Below the pieces are notes generated by a model. The model was not told the origin of the DNA. It saw only the letters and a list, made by a program, of their open reading frames with translations, and did no database searches. A program made the position numbers and the translations under genes. DNA of 64,000 nucleotides from assembly GCA_965248265.1 (NCBI GenBank), contig CBDFJF010000002.1, positions 1,664,001 to 1,728,000 on the forward strand, in the 5' to 3' direction. This stretch comes from Candidatus Latescibacterota bacterium. Lineage in GTDB: Bacteria > Latescibacterota > UBA2968 > UBA8231. Shown here piece after piece: positions 28,874 to 39,103 of the stretch. Positions within the stretch are counted from its first letter, which is position 1, and each line of letters starts with the position of its first letter.

Positions 28874-29854
28874 TCAGCAGATCATGCCTTCCTTGGCCCT
28901 GATTCCGTGCTTGGGGGGATCAGCGCCAATCCAGCGTCCGTCTTGTGGTTCCGATGCCAGCTGATAGCGACTGTCAGAGGAAAGGCGGACGCGATCGGTC
29001 TGGTTGTCGGAACTGGAGTGCATGAGGTTCATGCAGAACACGAGCAGATCACCCATCCGGTATTCGGCCGTTAGCCACCGGCCACCCAGTTCTTTGCGGG
29101 TGGCGATGGCGTAGCGCGAATAATGACCGCTCCACGTGTTCGAAATGGTAGTGCGTTCCTGGTCATTCAGCTCTCGGCCCTCCGTTAATACGCGTTCTAC
29201 TGTCTGCGCTGCCTCAGGATCGTTCTCGCAGTAGGCGTCGACGTCTCGTTGCCCATACCCGGTCCGCAGCTCATCATTGAGATGGCTGTTCTCCAGGACC
29301 ATCAGGCCGCCCATGCCATACGGGATATCACTAAAAGGAACCCAGGCTGTGTATAGATTGTGGGTCCCTCGGCCCATGTAGACGATGTCGCAGTGAGGGT
29401 TCGTGGCCGTCGTGGTCCCCGGTCCCTTGGTGCGGAACCAGGTATGGTCGAAGTGGGCGACGTCACCGCCGAGGAAGTGTTCGAAAAACTGAATCATAAG
29501 TCCAGAGTACAGCACTCGATCCAGGGATGGGTTGTTCGCTGCCAGTTCAGGTGAAAAATTGATCGCCACGGATGGCTTCAAGACGCCTTCCGAAACCGGG
29601 TAGGCCGGATCCAGAGTTCCATTGTCGGCCAGTTGCTGAAGCAGATCCATACGAGCTTCGATTACTAGGTCACGATCGAGGTATCTCGGCACGAAGAGAT
29701 AGCCATCTGTCGTCATCCGCCGGCGTAATTCGTCGCAGTCATCGAGAGCATCGGTGGACACGTTCAGCTCGCCGAAGCACTGCGAGGACATATCGAGAGG
29801 CTCGCCCTTATAGTAGAGTTGGGGAACGGCGCGTTCAGATTCCATTTCAGTCAC
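28874..29854 (-). CDS. Phytanoyl-CoA dioxygenase (PhyH) family protein
   Basis: DGYLFV, PHCDIVYMGRG (HxD), TAWVP, GDLLVF...MHSS...RLSSDSRY. Confidence 0.88.
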   Translation of the reverse strand: MTEMESERAVPQLYYKGEPLDMSSQCFGELNVSTDALDDCDELRRRMTTDGYLFVPRYLDRDLVIEARMDLLQQLADNGTLDPAYPVSEGVLKPSVAINFSPELAANNPSLDRVLYSGLMIQFFEHFLGGDVAHFDHTWFRTKGPGTTTATNPHCDIVYMGRGTHNLYTAWVPFSDIPYGMGGLMVLENSHLNDELRTGYGQRDVDAYCENDPEAAQTVERVLTEGRELNDQERTTISNTWSGHYSRYAIATRKELGGRWLTAEYRMGDLLVFCMNLMHSSSDNQTDRVRLSSDSRYQLASEPQDGRWIGADPPKHGIRAKEGMIC

Positions 29855-29973
29855 GTGTGCGGGTGGGTGGCAGAGAAGACGGTCAAGACAGACCTTCTAA
29901 TAGTAAGTAAATCTTCAGCACTCTCAATTCATCACTTGAGGTGCTGACACTGACTGACAACCAGGAGAGCAGC

Positions 29974-30266
29974 ATGAAACGGGTCATGGTTCAATACAAA
30001 GTAAAAGCCGACAAGGCGGACGAGAACCGACAGCTGATCGAGGCCGTGTTCGCGGCCCTGAAACAGGCATCACTGCCGAACCTGCGTTACGCATCATTCG
30101 TCCAGGACGACGGTGTCAGCTTCGTGCATATCGCTTGGATGACGGCAGCAATCCCCTGGAAACCATCGATGCCTTCGACGCTTTCACGGCTGAAATCCGG
30201 GATCGGTGCGAGGTTCCGCCGGCCGTGACTCCTCTGGAGGTCGTCGGCTCCTACGAACTGCTGTGA
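29974..30266 (+). pseudogene. Small dimeric alpha/beta-barrel (ABM-like) protein with a frameshift near 30135
   Basis: MKRVMVQYKVK...DDGVSFVHIA, then in a shifted frame DDGSNPLETIDAFDAFTAEIRDRCEVPP...VVGSYELL* (TGA 30264-30266). Confidence 0.7.
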
Positions 30267-31223
30267 TCACACGCCGATGCCGAATTCCTTCTGAAAATCC
30301 GACCAGATTTGTGCTGGAATATCGGCGGTTGCCGCCTCGTAGGCTTCTTCGACCTGTTGCTGGTTGCAGGGGCCCGGCATGACGATCCCGTCGATCGGGG
30401 CCGCCAGGCAGAACTGAATGGCAAGGTGGCGGATGTTGACCTCTCGTTCCTGGCACCAGTCCCACATCTTCCGGGCAAGTTGTGCCGTGGGCAAGTTGTC
30501 AGAATAACCGGTTGCCGTTTCGAACACCTCGGGGACACCGGCCAACAGCCCCATTGCCAGAGGGCTCGCCAGGATCAAGCCCACTCCATGCTCTCGTGCC
30601 AGAGCGAACGTGCTTTGGGCGACCGTCTGGCTAAGCAGGCTGTAATCTAGGTAGGTAAGCAGGATCTCGATCTGGCCGGTCTCGATCGCCCGTCGCTGAA
30701 CCTGGGCTGAGCGGGCGCCGATGCCGATGTGTCGGATCAGCCCCTCCTGCTTCATCTTGAGCAGCTCATCGAGGGCATTCCCCGGTGCCAGCGGATCCAC
30801 GAAATCGTCCAGGGTCTCCACGTCGGAGGGTTCGTCGTAGCCGTGGATGAGGACTGCGTCCAGGTAGTCTGTTCTAAGCAGCTTCAGGCTGGCCTCGACG
30901 CTACGGCGGGTCTGCGGACCGGAGTGATCTGTGTGACGGTCTCCAGGTGCGTGGCTGCTCACCTTGGCCTGCAGGTAGACCTGCTCACGCTTCCCGCCCG
31001 AGAGGGCCTTGCCCCAGCGCTCCTCGGTCTGGCCCGGAAAGGTATCGGGCGCGTACTCGCCGGGGTAGGTGTCGAGGTAGTTGATGCCCAATTCCAGAGC
31101 CCGATGAATACCCGCGATGTTCTCGCCCTCAGAAACCTGATGCCACCAGGCGCCGCCAAGGCCGAGGGCCTTCGGGGTCATACCGGTACTTCCCAATTTT
31201 CGTGTTTCAAGCTGCGGCATCAT
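30267..31223 (-). CDS. Aldo/keto reductase
   Basis: LGSTGM...LGLGG, GINYLDT, SLKLLRTDYLDAVLIH, GLIRHIGIG. Confidence 0.9.
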   Translation of the reverse strand: MMPQLETRKLGSTGMTPKALGLGGAWWHQVSEGENIAGIHRALELGINYLDTYPGEYAPDTFPGQTEERWGKALSGGKREQVYLQAKVSSHAPGDRHTDHSGPQTRRSVEASLKLLRTDYLDAVLIHGYDEPSDVETLDDFVDPLAPGNALDELLKMKQEGLIRHIGIGARSAQVQRRAIETGQIEILLTYLDYSLLSQTVAQSTFALAREHGVGLILASPLAMGLLAGVPEVFETATGYSDNLPTAQLARKMWDWCQEREVNIRHLAIQFCLAAPIDGIVMPGPCNQQQVEEAYEAATADIPAQIWSDFQKEFGIGV

Positions 31224-31232
31224 TGCTCCCGC

Positions 31233-32363
31233 TCATTGGGCATACTGTCCGACCTGCCCGAAGAGCTGCTCGAAGCGGTCGACGTTGTCCCAGTTGATCT
31301 CGATTCCCAGACCGGGCCGGTCGGGTACCACCGTCCTGCCGCCTTTGATATCGAGGAGGCCATCGACGAGGGTGTCGTCGACGCTCAGTTCGTGCATCAC
31401 TTGATTACCGTCGGCCAGATTCGGGATCGCCGACAGGATTTGCAGTGCTGCAAGGGTGGATACGCCAGTCTCGCCGAGGCAGCCGTGCCGGTTGATCTTG
31501 AGGCTGGCGGCCGCGGCGATGCCTGCGGCCTTCTTCAGCGGCAGCAGTCCACCGGTTTCGTGAAAGCCGATGACGATAATATCGCAAGCATCGCGACGGA
31601 CTGCGTCGAGTACCTCTGTATCCGTGAATAGAGCTTGATCGAGAGCAATAGGGATATCCACCTGGCGACGAAGGTCGGCGGCGCCCGCGATGTCACCGGC
31701 CGGCAGGGGTTGCTCGACCCAATCGATATTGAACGGCGCCAACTGGCGGATCATGTTGACGGCCGTGTGGCGATCCCAGGCCTCGTTGGCATCGACCCGC
31801 AGCCGGGGTTCATCACCGACGGCCTCGCGCACCGCCCGCACCGCCGCCAGATCGTGGTCCGCACTGTGTCCGATCTTCAGGTAGAGGAGATCGAAACCAC
31901 GCTCCACGTAGCGGCTGGCATCCGCGGCCAGCGTGGCCGGATCGCCCCCCTGCAGGAAGCCGAACCAGTGGATGGACTCATGCATCTTCCCGCCAAAGAA
32001 ATTGTAGACCGGCTGCCCGAGCGCCTTGCCGCAGATGTCCCACAACGCCATTTCGATGCCGGCAAACGATTGATTGGCGAAGCGGCGTTGGTTGGTCCAG
32101 GCACCGCTGCGGTACATGTTCGCCAGCAGGTATTCGACCCGGAACGGATCCTCTCCCAGCAACAGGTGTTCGACCGAACGGATGGTGGCCTCGGAGGCAA
32201 CTGCTGAACGGGTGCCCAGGGCTTCACCGTAACCGACGATGCCGTCGTCCGTGTGCACCTCGAGCAGAACCGTGTTGAAGCCCTCGGGGGCACCGATGGC
32301 CCAGTGATAGCGGCCTCGTAAGGGTATGGCGAGCAGGCGGGTGTTGATCTTGGATATTTTCAT
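31233..32363 (-). CDS. Mandelate racemase/muconate lactonising enzyme (enolase superfamily)
   Basis: TDDGIVGYGE, EMALWDICGK, YLKIG, LRVDANE, WVEQP, IALDQ, PGLGIE; start ATG32363. Confidence 0.92.
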   Translation of the reverse strand: MKISKINTRLLAIPLRGRYHWAIGAPEGFNTVLLEVHTDDGIVGYGEALGTRSAVASEATIRSVEHLLLGEDPFRVEYLLANMYRSGAWTNQRRFANQSFAGIEMALWDICGKALGQPVYNFFGGKMHESIHWFGFLQGGDPATLAADASRYVERGFDLLYLKIGHSADHDLAAVRAVREAVGDEPRLRVDANEAWDRHTAVNMIRQLAPFNIDWVEQPLPAGDIAGAADLRRQVDIPIALDQALFTDTEVLDAVRRDACDIIVIGFHETGGLLPLKKAAGIAAAASLKINRHGCLGETGVSTLAALQILSAIPNLADGNQVMHELSVDDTLVDGLLDIKGGRTVVPDRPGLGIEINWDNVDRFEQLFGQVGQYAQ

Positions 32364-32500
32364 GGCGTCTGGAGTAAATAAAAGCCCTCGGGATAGCACT
32401 CGCCAACGGAGCAACTGAACTGACCACAGCGGGATTTGAGCGCCGCTAGAGAATGGACGAACTTTGCCTGCGGACACACCCGCCAAACCGAGAGGCAGCC

Positions 32501-33445
32501 ATGATACCCGAAGACATTCTAGCTCATAAGCCGCTGGTGCTGACTCAAGAGCAACGCGAGTTCTATTTCCAAAACGGCTATCTGCTGGCCGAGCGCATCG
32601 TTCCCGACGAATGGGTCGAGCGCCTGCTGCAGGTAACGGACGAAATGGTGGAGCGCTCGCGCGCCCTCGAAAAATCAGACGTCATCTTCGACCTGGAGCC
32701 CGGCCACACGGCGGAGGAGCCGCGTCTGCGGCGGCTGACGAGTCCGGTCGAGCATCATCCGGTGTACTGGGAATTCGCCTCGAAGTCCGTCCTCGTCGAT
32801 GTGGCGGCCGACCTGGTCGGTCCGGACGTCAAGTTTCATCACTCGAAGTTGAACTTCAAGTGGGCCAAGGGTGGAGAAGAGGTGAAATGGCACCAGGACA
32901 TCGGCTACTGGCCGCACACCAACTACTCGCCCTGCACGATGGGTGTTTACTTGCACGACGTCGGTGACGACCAGGGCCCTCTGGGTGTTGTCCCGGGCAG
33001 CCACAACGGGGATCTGTACAACCAATACAATGATGACGGGCAATGGACCGGGTGTCTGAATGAAGTGGATTCACGGCGCTTCGATCCGGCGCAGGCCGCG
33101 TACCTGCCGGGACCGGCCGGTTCGGTCACCGTCCATCACTGCCGCGCCATCCACGGCTCCAGGCCGAACCATTCCGATGTGGGTCGGCCGCTGCTGCTGA
33201 ACATCTACTCGTCGGCCGATGCCTTTACCTACACGGCGAACCCGCTGCCGAGCCGCTACGAAGGGGCGATTGTGCGCGGCAAGCCGGCGCTGTGGGCCCA
33301 CCACGACGAACGCCCCTGCCTGGTGCCGCCTGACTGGTCTGGTGGGTACACCTCACTCTACGCCATGCAGCAGGGAGAGCAGTGGGACGAGGATCAGCTG
33401 GAAACGGTCGCTCAGCAGACGGCGAAGATCCGGCAGGAAGAGTGA
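32501..33445 (+). CDS. PhyH family 2OG-Fe(II) dioxygenase
   Basis: FYFQNGYL, KLNFK, WHQD, PGSH, GSVTVHHCRAIHGS..N...R. Confidence 0.9.
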   Translation: MIPEDILAHKPLVLTQEQREFYFQNGYLLAERIVPDEWVERLLQVTDEMVERSRALEKSDVIFDLEPGHTAEEPRLRRLTSPVEHHPVYWEFASKSVLVDVAADLVGPDVKFHHSKLNFKWAKGGEEVKWHQDIGYWPHTNYSPCTMGVYLHDVGDDQGPLGVVPGSHNGDLYNQYNDDGQWTGCLNEVDSRRFDPAQAAYLPGPAGSVTVHHCRAIHGSRPNHSDVGRPLLLNIYSSADAFTYTANPLPSRYEGAIVRGKPALWAHHDERPCLVPPDWSGGYTSLYAMQQGEQWDEDQLETVAQQTAKIRQEE

Positions 33446-33496
33446 GCTTTGGTACGTGATGTTCGTGCGGACGAGCGGTCGCAGCGGTAGAGGACG

Positions 33497-34510
33497 CTAC
33501 TGGTGCGATCGTTCGCGGCGACACAGGATGATCTCGCTGCTGTCACCAAGTTCAGCAGTAAAACGCAGCCGCCGGGGATGCACGACTTCAGCACAAACCG
33601 CTGCTCCATCCACCCACGCCTGAGGGTAGTTGCACCAATCCGTGGGCACATTCACCTCGAAGGTCAGCTCCTTGCGGGTGACTCGCTCAGGCAGGTTTTC
33701 GAAGGTGACGCGGTAGCGCTGCTGGGTTGCTGACTCCTCCACCGTATCGATCGCGGCGTGGCGCCGGCACAGATGGTAGAAGACGACTTCCTCCGGCGCT
33801 GCGCACCAGACTTCATCTCCACCCTCGGAAAGTATCGTCTCGAAGCGCTGCCGCAGCTGGGCCTCGGAGCAGTCTTTGTTGATGTGGATGGGCTCTTCGA
33901 TCGGGCAGTGGCAGTAGTCGATGATCCAGGCACCGGCGGCGCGGGCGCCGTCGATGTTGCGGAAACGGTCGTGCCGGCTGTAGAGCGGTTCGTGCATTTC
34001 ATGAACCAGGGGCGTGCGTTCGAGCCAGTAGTTCTCGGCTTCGGGCCGGTTGATGCCGTCACTGACGCTCATGGCAGCCAGGTAGCCGAGCTCGCGACAG
34101 GCGCGCAAGACATGGCCGCTCATGTTACGGTTGCTGTTGGGCGCACAGTACAGGGTTATCGGCGTCTCGATCGCCTGTTCTAACACGTCGCGGGCGACGC
34201 GAATTTCCTGATCGACCATCTCGGGTGTGATGAAGAGATGACTCCAGGAATGATTGCCCACCCCCCAGCCCCGGTCCAGCAGTTCCTTTAATTGATCCGC
34301 GCCCATGTGCATCATGCCGTGGTAGCTCGAGCCTTCGAGGTTGCGCGCCTCGCCGAGCTGGCCGACGAGGACCTCGACATGCCCGGGAATACCGAACTCC
34401 TCGTGATACGGTATGACGAATCGCTCGAGATCGACGAGGGCCTCGTCGTAGGTAATGGAGTAGACCCAGCGTTTGCCGTGTTTCCAATTAGAGATACTGA
34501 TTGACGACAT
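33497..34510 (-). CDS. Polysaccharide deacetylase (NodB-like) family protein, copy 2
   Basis: SITYDE, GWGVGNHSWSH, WIIDYCH. Confidence 0.8.
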   Translation of the reverse strand: MSSISISNWKHGKRWVYSITYDEALVDLERFVIPYHEEFGIPGHVEVLVGQLGEARNLEGSSYHGMMHMGADQLKELLDRGWGVGNHSWSHLFITPEMVDQEIRVARDVLEQAIETPITLYCAPNSNRNMSGHVLRACRELGYLAAMSVSDGINRPEAENYWLERTPLVHEMHEPLYSRHDRFRNIDGARAAGAWIIDYCHCPIEEPIHINKDCSEAQLRQRFETILSEGGDEVWCAAPEEVVFYHLCRRHAAIDTVEESATQQRYRVTFENLPERVTRKELTFEVNVPTDWCNYPQAWVDGAAVCAEVVHPRRLRFTAELGDSSEIILCRRERSHQ

Positions 34511-34513
34511 GGC

Positions 34514-35506
34514 TTATTGGCCCCCGAAGCTCAGGTCGACGCCGTCACCGATATCGACGGTGGCGCGCAACACGCGGGGTCGCACCAGGGTGGCTGGGCG
34601 CGGTTCGCCGTTGACGAATACACGCGGGAACCGGCAGCTGGCGGCAGGCACGTCGGCCTCGAAGGTCAATTCGCGGCAGGCGACACGCTCCGGCATGGGA
34701 CCGAGGGTGACGCGATAGCTGCTGCCGTCATCCGTATCTGATGTCTCGATCGTAGCATGGCTCCGGCACCAGTGGTAGTACATGACCTCTTCCGGCAGGG
34801 CACACCAGACTTCGTCGCCACCCTCGCTCAAAATCGTCTCCAGGCGCGAGCGCAGCTGCACGTGGTTGCAGTCCTTGTTGGCGTGCATGGCCACTTCGAG
34901 CGGGCAGTGCAGGTAGTCGATGATCCAGCCCTTGCGGTCGCGGGCGGCGCGGATGTTGCGATAGGGATCGTAGACGTTGAAGAACGGTGGGCCAAAGTTG
35001 TCGTGCAGCGCCGTGCGCAACAGGTAGAAGGGGTCGAGAGAGGGATCGTTGACGCCATCCGTAATGCTCATGCCGGCCAGGAATCCGTGCTCGCGCAGGG
35101 CGGCGGCGACGTAGTCGGACAGGTTTTCATTGCCGTTGGGCGCGACGTAGAGAGGCACCGGCGCACCGATGGCTTCTTCGAGCACATCGCGGGCCACGCG
35201 GATCTCCCGATCTACCATCTCGGGCTTGATCCAATGGTGCGTCCAGGCGTGGCTGCCGACGCCCCAGCCTCGCGCCATCATCTCCTTGAGCTCGTCGGCG
35301 TTCATGTGGCGGAAGCCATTGAAGGTCGAGGTGCCGATGTTGCGGATCTCGCCGATCTGGCCCACTACAACTTCCAGGTGACCCGGGATCCCGAGGTCTT
35401 CATGATGTGGCACGGTGAAGCGGTGAAGGTCCGCCAGGGCCTCGTCGTAGGTGATGGAGTACACCCAGCGTTTGTCGTGCTTCCAGTCGCAGACGCGAAG
35501 TGCCAT
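34514..35506 (-). CDS. Polysaccharide deacetylase (NodB-like) family protein, copy 1
   Basis: SITYDE, GWGVGSHAWTH, WIIDYLH; colinear paralogue of the neighbour. Confidence 0.8.
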   Translation of the reverse strand: MALRVCDWKHDKRWVYSITYDEALADLHRFTVPHHEDLGIPGHLEVVVGQIGEIRNIGTSTFNGFRHMNADELKEMMARGWGVGSHAWTHHWIKPEMVDREIRVARDVLEEAIGAPVPLYVAPNGNENLSDYVAAALREHGFLAGMSITDGVNDPSLDPFYLLRTALHDNFGPPFFNVYDPYRNIRAARDRKGWIIDYLHCPLEVAMHANKDCNHVQLRSRLETILSEGGDEVWCALPEEVMYYHWCRSHATIETSDTDDGSSYRVTLGPMPERVACRELTFEADVPAASCRFPRVFVNGEPRPATLVRPRVLRATVDIGDGVDLSFGGQ

Positions 35507-37125
35507 CAGGAACCGACTCCTGCGGCGTGTCGCTTGGCCGCCGGGTCACCGGCAGCGGAAATCACGCCAGTATCGCCATCGACATGCAGTATGACGGGGG
35601 TGGCCAGTGGTCCCTCCACGACCTCGACCTGATGACCGCGACCTGCCAGATCATCCCGGATCCCTATGTCAACATTGTCGTTGAGTATCATCGAGCCGGG
35701 GGTGCCGAAGGTTTCCTGCCGGTTGGCGTTGGGGTCGAAGGAGTCCTCGTGGTGCGTGGTGGCGAAACGCGGCGCCGTCACCGCTTCTTCCGGCATCATG
35801 CCGAAGTCGATGTGGTCCACGAGCAGGTTGAGGGCCGCCTGGTCCTGGCCATCGCCCCCGGCCACACTGATGGCGAGAACCGGCCGATCGTCTTTGAGGA
35901 CCAGCGTCGGTGTCAGGGTGATGCGCGGCCTCTTGCCGGCCTGGATGCAGTTGGGGTGTCCGGGCGTGGTGTTGAGGCTGCGCAGACGATTGCCGTAGGT
36001 GACGCCCGCCCGACCGCCGCCGCCGCGGACATTGGCGCTGGGTGTGGCCGAGACCACGTTGCCCCAGCGGTCGGCGACGGCGCAGGTCGTGGTCCCGCCG
36101 ACGCCCGGCCGGAAAACGGCTTCTCCCTCGAGCAGCGCGCTCATCGTATTCGGGTCACCGGGTCTCGATTCCAACGAGGCCTCGGCCATGTCGATGAGGG
36201 GCCGGCGGATCTCGGTGTAGGTATCCGACAGCAGAGCTTCCATGGGTACGTCCACGAAGTCGGGGTCGCCGTAATAGGTGTCGCGGTCCGCCATGGCCAG
36301 CTTGAGCGCCTCGGTCAGCACGTGAAAGTAGTCCGCCGAGAACTGGGTCAATCCATTCAGGTCGAAGCCCGCTATCAGACGAAGAGCCTGGCATAGGTAG
36401 GGTCCCTGGGTCCAGGGGCCGCATTTATACACACGGTAGCCGCGGTAGTTGACGGAGACCGGGTCTTCGATCAGCGTCTCGTGAGCGGCGAGGTCGGCCC
36501 GGCGCAGGAAACCACCCTGCTCGATCCAGAAGGCTTCGATCTCATCGGCGATATCGCCAATCGCACTGGCCCGCCCGTAAAATCGATCGCTGGCGGCCTG
36601 CAGTTTATCCTCGCGGCTGCCCGTGGCCTGCTGCTCCGACTCGACCATGCGACGCAGCGTTTTCGCCAGGTTGGGTTGCCATTCCTCCCCACCCTCGTCC
36701 AGCAGTACCAGCGTCGCCTCAACGACCTCTTCGAAATTCCTGGTTCCGTAGCGTTGCAGCAGGGTGGTGACCAGATCCACGACAGATGGCACAGGGGCCA
36801 TCTTGATGTCGGGCGGGCCGGGAATGCCATTCGCCATGTACCATTCGATGGCCTGCTGCGAGCGGGGCGCTCGTCCCATGCCGCTGAGCGACTTCACTTC
36901 CTGTTTATTGGAGTCGTAGATGAGCACCGGTACCTCGCCGCCGATGCAGCAGGGTCCGTGATCGGTGACCTGAAGGGCGAGAATGGTGGCCGCGGCCGAG
37001 TCGGCGGCATTGCCGCCTCGCTCCAGGATGTCAATCCCCGCCTCCACCGCTCGCGCACCCCCCGCAGCCACGGCGCCGGTCTTGCTGGCGGCCTTCCATC
37101 CGATCTGTGTGTCTGAGTCAGGCAT
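35506..37125 (-). CDS. Gamma-glutamyltransferase family Ntn hydrolase
   Basis: GGNAADSA, LAMADRDTYYGDP, G-TTTCAVADRWGN (Thr nucleophile), PRITLTP, GGDGQ. Confidence 0.9.
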   Translation of the reverse strand: MPDSDTQIGWKAASKTGAVAAGGARAVEAGIDILERGGNAADSAAATILALQVTDHGPCCIGGEVPVLIYDSNKQEVKSLSGMGRAPRSQQAIEWYMANGIPGPPDIKMAPVPSVVDLVTTLLQRYGTRNFEEVVEATLVLLDEGGEEWQPNLAKTLRRMVESEQQATGSREDKLQAASDRFYGRASAIGDIADEIEAFWIEQGGFLRRADLAAHETLIEDPVSVNYRGYRVYKCGPWTQGPYLCQALRLIAGFDLNGLTQFSADYFHVLTEALKLAMADRDTYYGDPDFVDVPMEALLSDTYTEIRRPLIDMAEASLESRPGDPNTMSALLEGEAVFRPGVGGTTTCAVADRWGNVVSATPSANVRGGGGRAGVTYGNRLRSLNTTPGHPNCIQAGKRPRITLTPTLVLKDDRPVLAISVAGGDGQDQAALNLLVDHIDFGMMPEEAVTAPRFATTHHEDSFDPNANRQETFGTPGSMILNDNVDIGIRDDLAGRGHQVEVVEGPLATPVILHVDGDTGVISAAGDPAAKRHAAGVGS

Positions 37126-37460
37126 TAATCGTCGCAGTCCTAGGCGTGCAAGCGTTACGCCTCGACCCCGCGACCGCCTCCTGGAAGTCAGCCCACGTGG
37201 TGCTGTCGCCGACGGCGGTTTCGAAGCGGAAGATGCCGTAGCGCGTGGCCAGTTTCTCCTTGAAGGTATCCGGGCTTTCCACCCCGCAGGTCGCGTCTCG
37301 CATCAGGATGCAGCGATAGCCGGCGGTCACCATCGGGCGTCCTCCACCCTCGGAGGTGAGAATGCACATGTCGGTCGCGAACCCGGTGTAGATGATCGTG
37401 CTCACGCCACGCGCCTGAAGGTACTCATCGAGTCGAGCGGTGGTCGGGAAGTCAGCAATG
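37118..37460 (-). pseudogene. Isochorismatase/cysteine hydrolase family, 3' fragment
   Basis: LDEYLQARGVSTIIYTGFATDMCI (catalytic Cys motif), LMRDAT; the N-terminal catalytic Asp region is absent. Confidence 0.65.
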
Positions 37461-39001
37461 AGCGCCTCGATCAGCATCGCCTCGAGGTGCGGGAGCACGG
37501 CTACGTCTATTCGGTCAGGACCATCAAGGAGGCCGTGACGGCGATACGCGACGTGCCGATCGTCTTCAATCTCACTCTCGAAGAGCGGGAAATGCTCCCG
37601 GTGATGGGGGTGAGCGAAGGTGCCTTGGTTGCGGAAGCCCACAGGGGTCAGAGCTCATTCATGCGGGTGCTGAGTTTTGTAAAGACGGGCGCGGCTTTTA
37701 ATGCAGCCCAGTGGGCGTACTCGCCGCCGGGGAATTTTAATGACTTCGTCACCTATGACAACCTGGACACCAAGCTGTTCGGCACGATGCAGTTGGCTCA
37801 CGGCGCCACGCCCATAGTCGAGACCATGCACTCCTACCTGCACGACGACACTGGCGTTTCGGCGGTGCGGGACCTGTTCGGGTTGATGCAGGCGAACGAG
37901 GAGCTGTACTACGAGTACGAATCCGTCCGCGACATCGCGCTCTTGTACTCGGCTCAGTCGATGACAGGCGATCACGAATACCAGGAACATTACCTGGGCG
38001 CATTCCGGGCGCTGACGCACGATCACCAGCAGTTCAGCGTCATCCTCGATCACGACTTGACGATCGAGAAACTGGCCCGTTACAAGGTCCTTTTCCTGTC
38101 GCAGGCAGTCTGCCTGAGTCAGGCGCAAATGGCTGCCATTGCGGAATATGTGCGGCAGGGCGGCGGACTGGTGGCGACCGGGCAGACTTCCCTGCGCGAT
38201 GAGGAGGGAGAGGAAAGGGCCAACTTCGGGCTTGCCGATCTGTTCGGCGCCGATTTTTGCAGCATGATTCATCTCGAATGGGAACATGCCTATGGTCCAC
38301 GGATATACGCGCGAGTCACCGGCGAGGGGGGGATCATTTCGAGTCCGGCTGCAGGCAGGCTGATCGCCCACGACTACACCTTTGCCTTCTCGGAGGCCCA
38401 CCACGCCGAAGGGGTGCTGTATTCAGTGCCCGCGATCGAAAGTCGCCCTGAGGCGAAGGTGGTAGTAGACAGCGTGTGCGTCGACGAAGATCCGGCATGG
38501 ACGGCCCCCGACGTGTGCTTCATGCCGCCTTGCAACTTGAGGACAGCTGGGCCGGCCGCGACGGCGAAGAACCACGGAACGGGGAGGGTCGTCTACATGG
38601 CGCATTCGTTCGACAAGCTCTACGGGGCTCGCGGTTTCGCCGATGCACGGCAGTTGATCAACAGCGCCGTTGACTGGGTGTCCGGGAGGAAAGCAAGACC
38701 TTTTCGAGTCGACGGACCCACCGGATTGCTCTGCAATTTGACTGAAACGGATTGCAGACGGGCTCTCCATTTAGTCAACTACACCGGGAACATCAACGAG
38801 CACTCCGTGTACAAGGTCGATTGGGTGGCGCCGCTTGTTGATATTCCCGTCAGAATTGAACAACCGCAGGGCAGGAAGCTGACCAGCGCTTCTCTGCTGT
38901 CCTCGGGAGCGGCTGTACCCTGGCAGGAAGAGGGGGACGTCGGGGTAATGAACCTATCCGTCCTGGACGGCTACGAATGCCTGTTGCTCGCCTATGAATG
39001 A
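37450..39001 (+). pseudogene. Glycoside-hydrolase-like protein with a beta-galactosidase trimerisation (GATase1-like) domain, apparently 5'-truncated
   Basis: IALLYS...YKVLFL...CLS...EYVRQGGGLVATGQTSLRDEEG...FGLADLFG, LHLVNYTG; no convincing start; upstream sequence codes on the other strand. Confidence 0.6.
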
Positions 39002-39045
39002 GCAACCCCGGGAGAAAACCGCGGCGAGCTCGCAATCATCTCTAT

Positions 39046-39084
39046 TTAGGTGACGTCGATTCCCAGACCGGGCTGTTCGTCACG
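39046..39084 (-). pseudogene. Remnant of an enolase-superfamily gene 3' end
   Basis: RDEQPGLGIDVT* resembles the PGLGI/VE tails of the enolase genes at 31233 and 63820. Confidence 0.4.
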
Positions 39085-39103
39085 TGCTCTCGGCATGCGG
39101 CTA

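Noticed and set aside
36983-37450. N-terminal part of the 672-aa ORF as real coding sequence
   Set aside because: It is antisense to the GGT start and the isochorismatase fragment; protein-like signal on the plus strand starts only near 37450.
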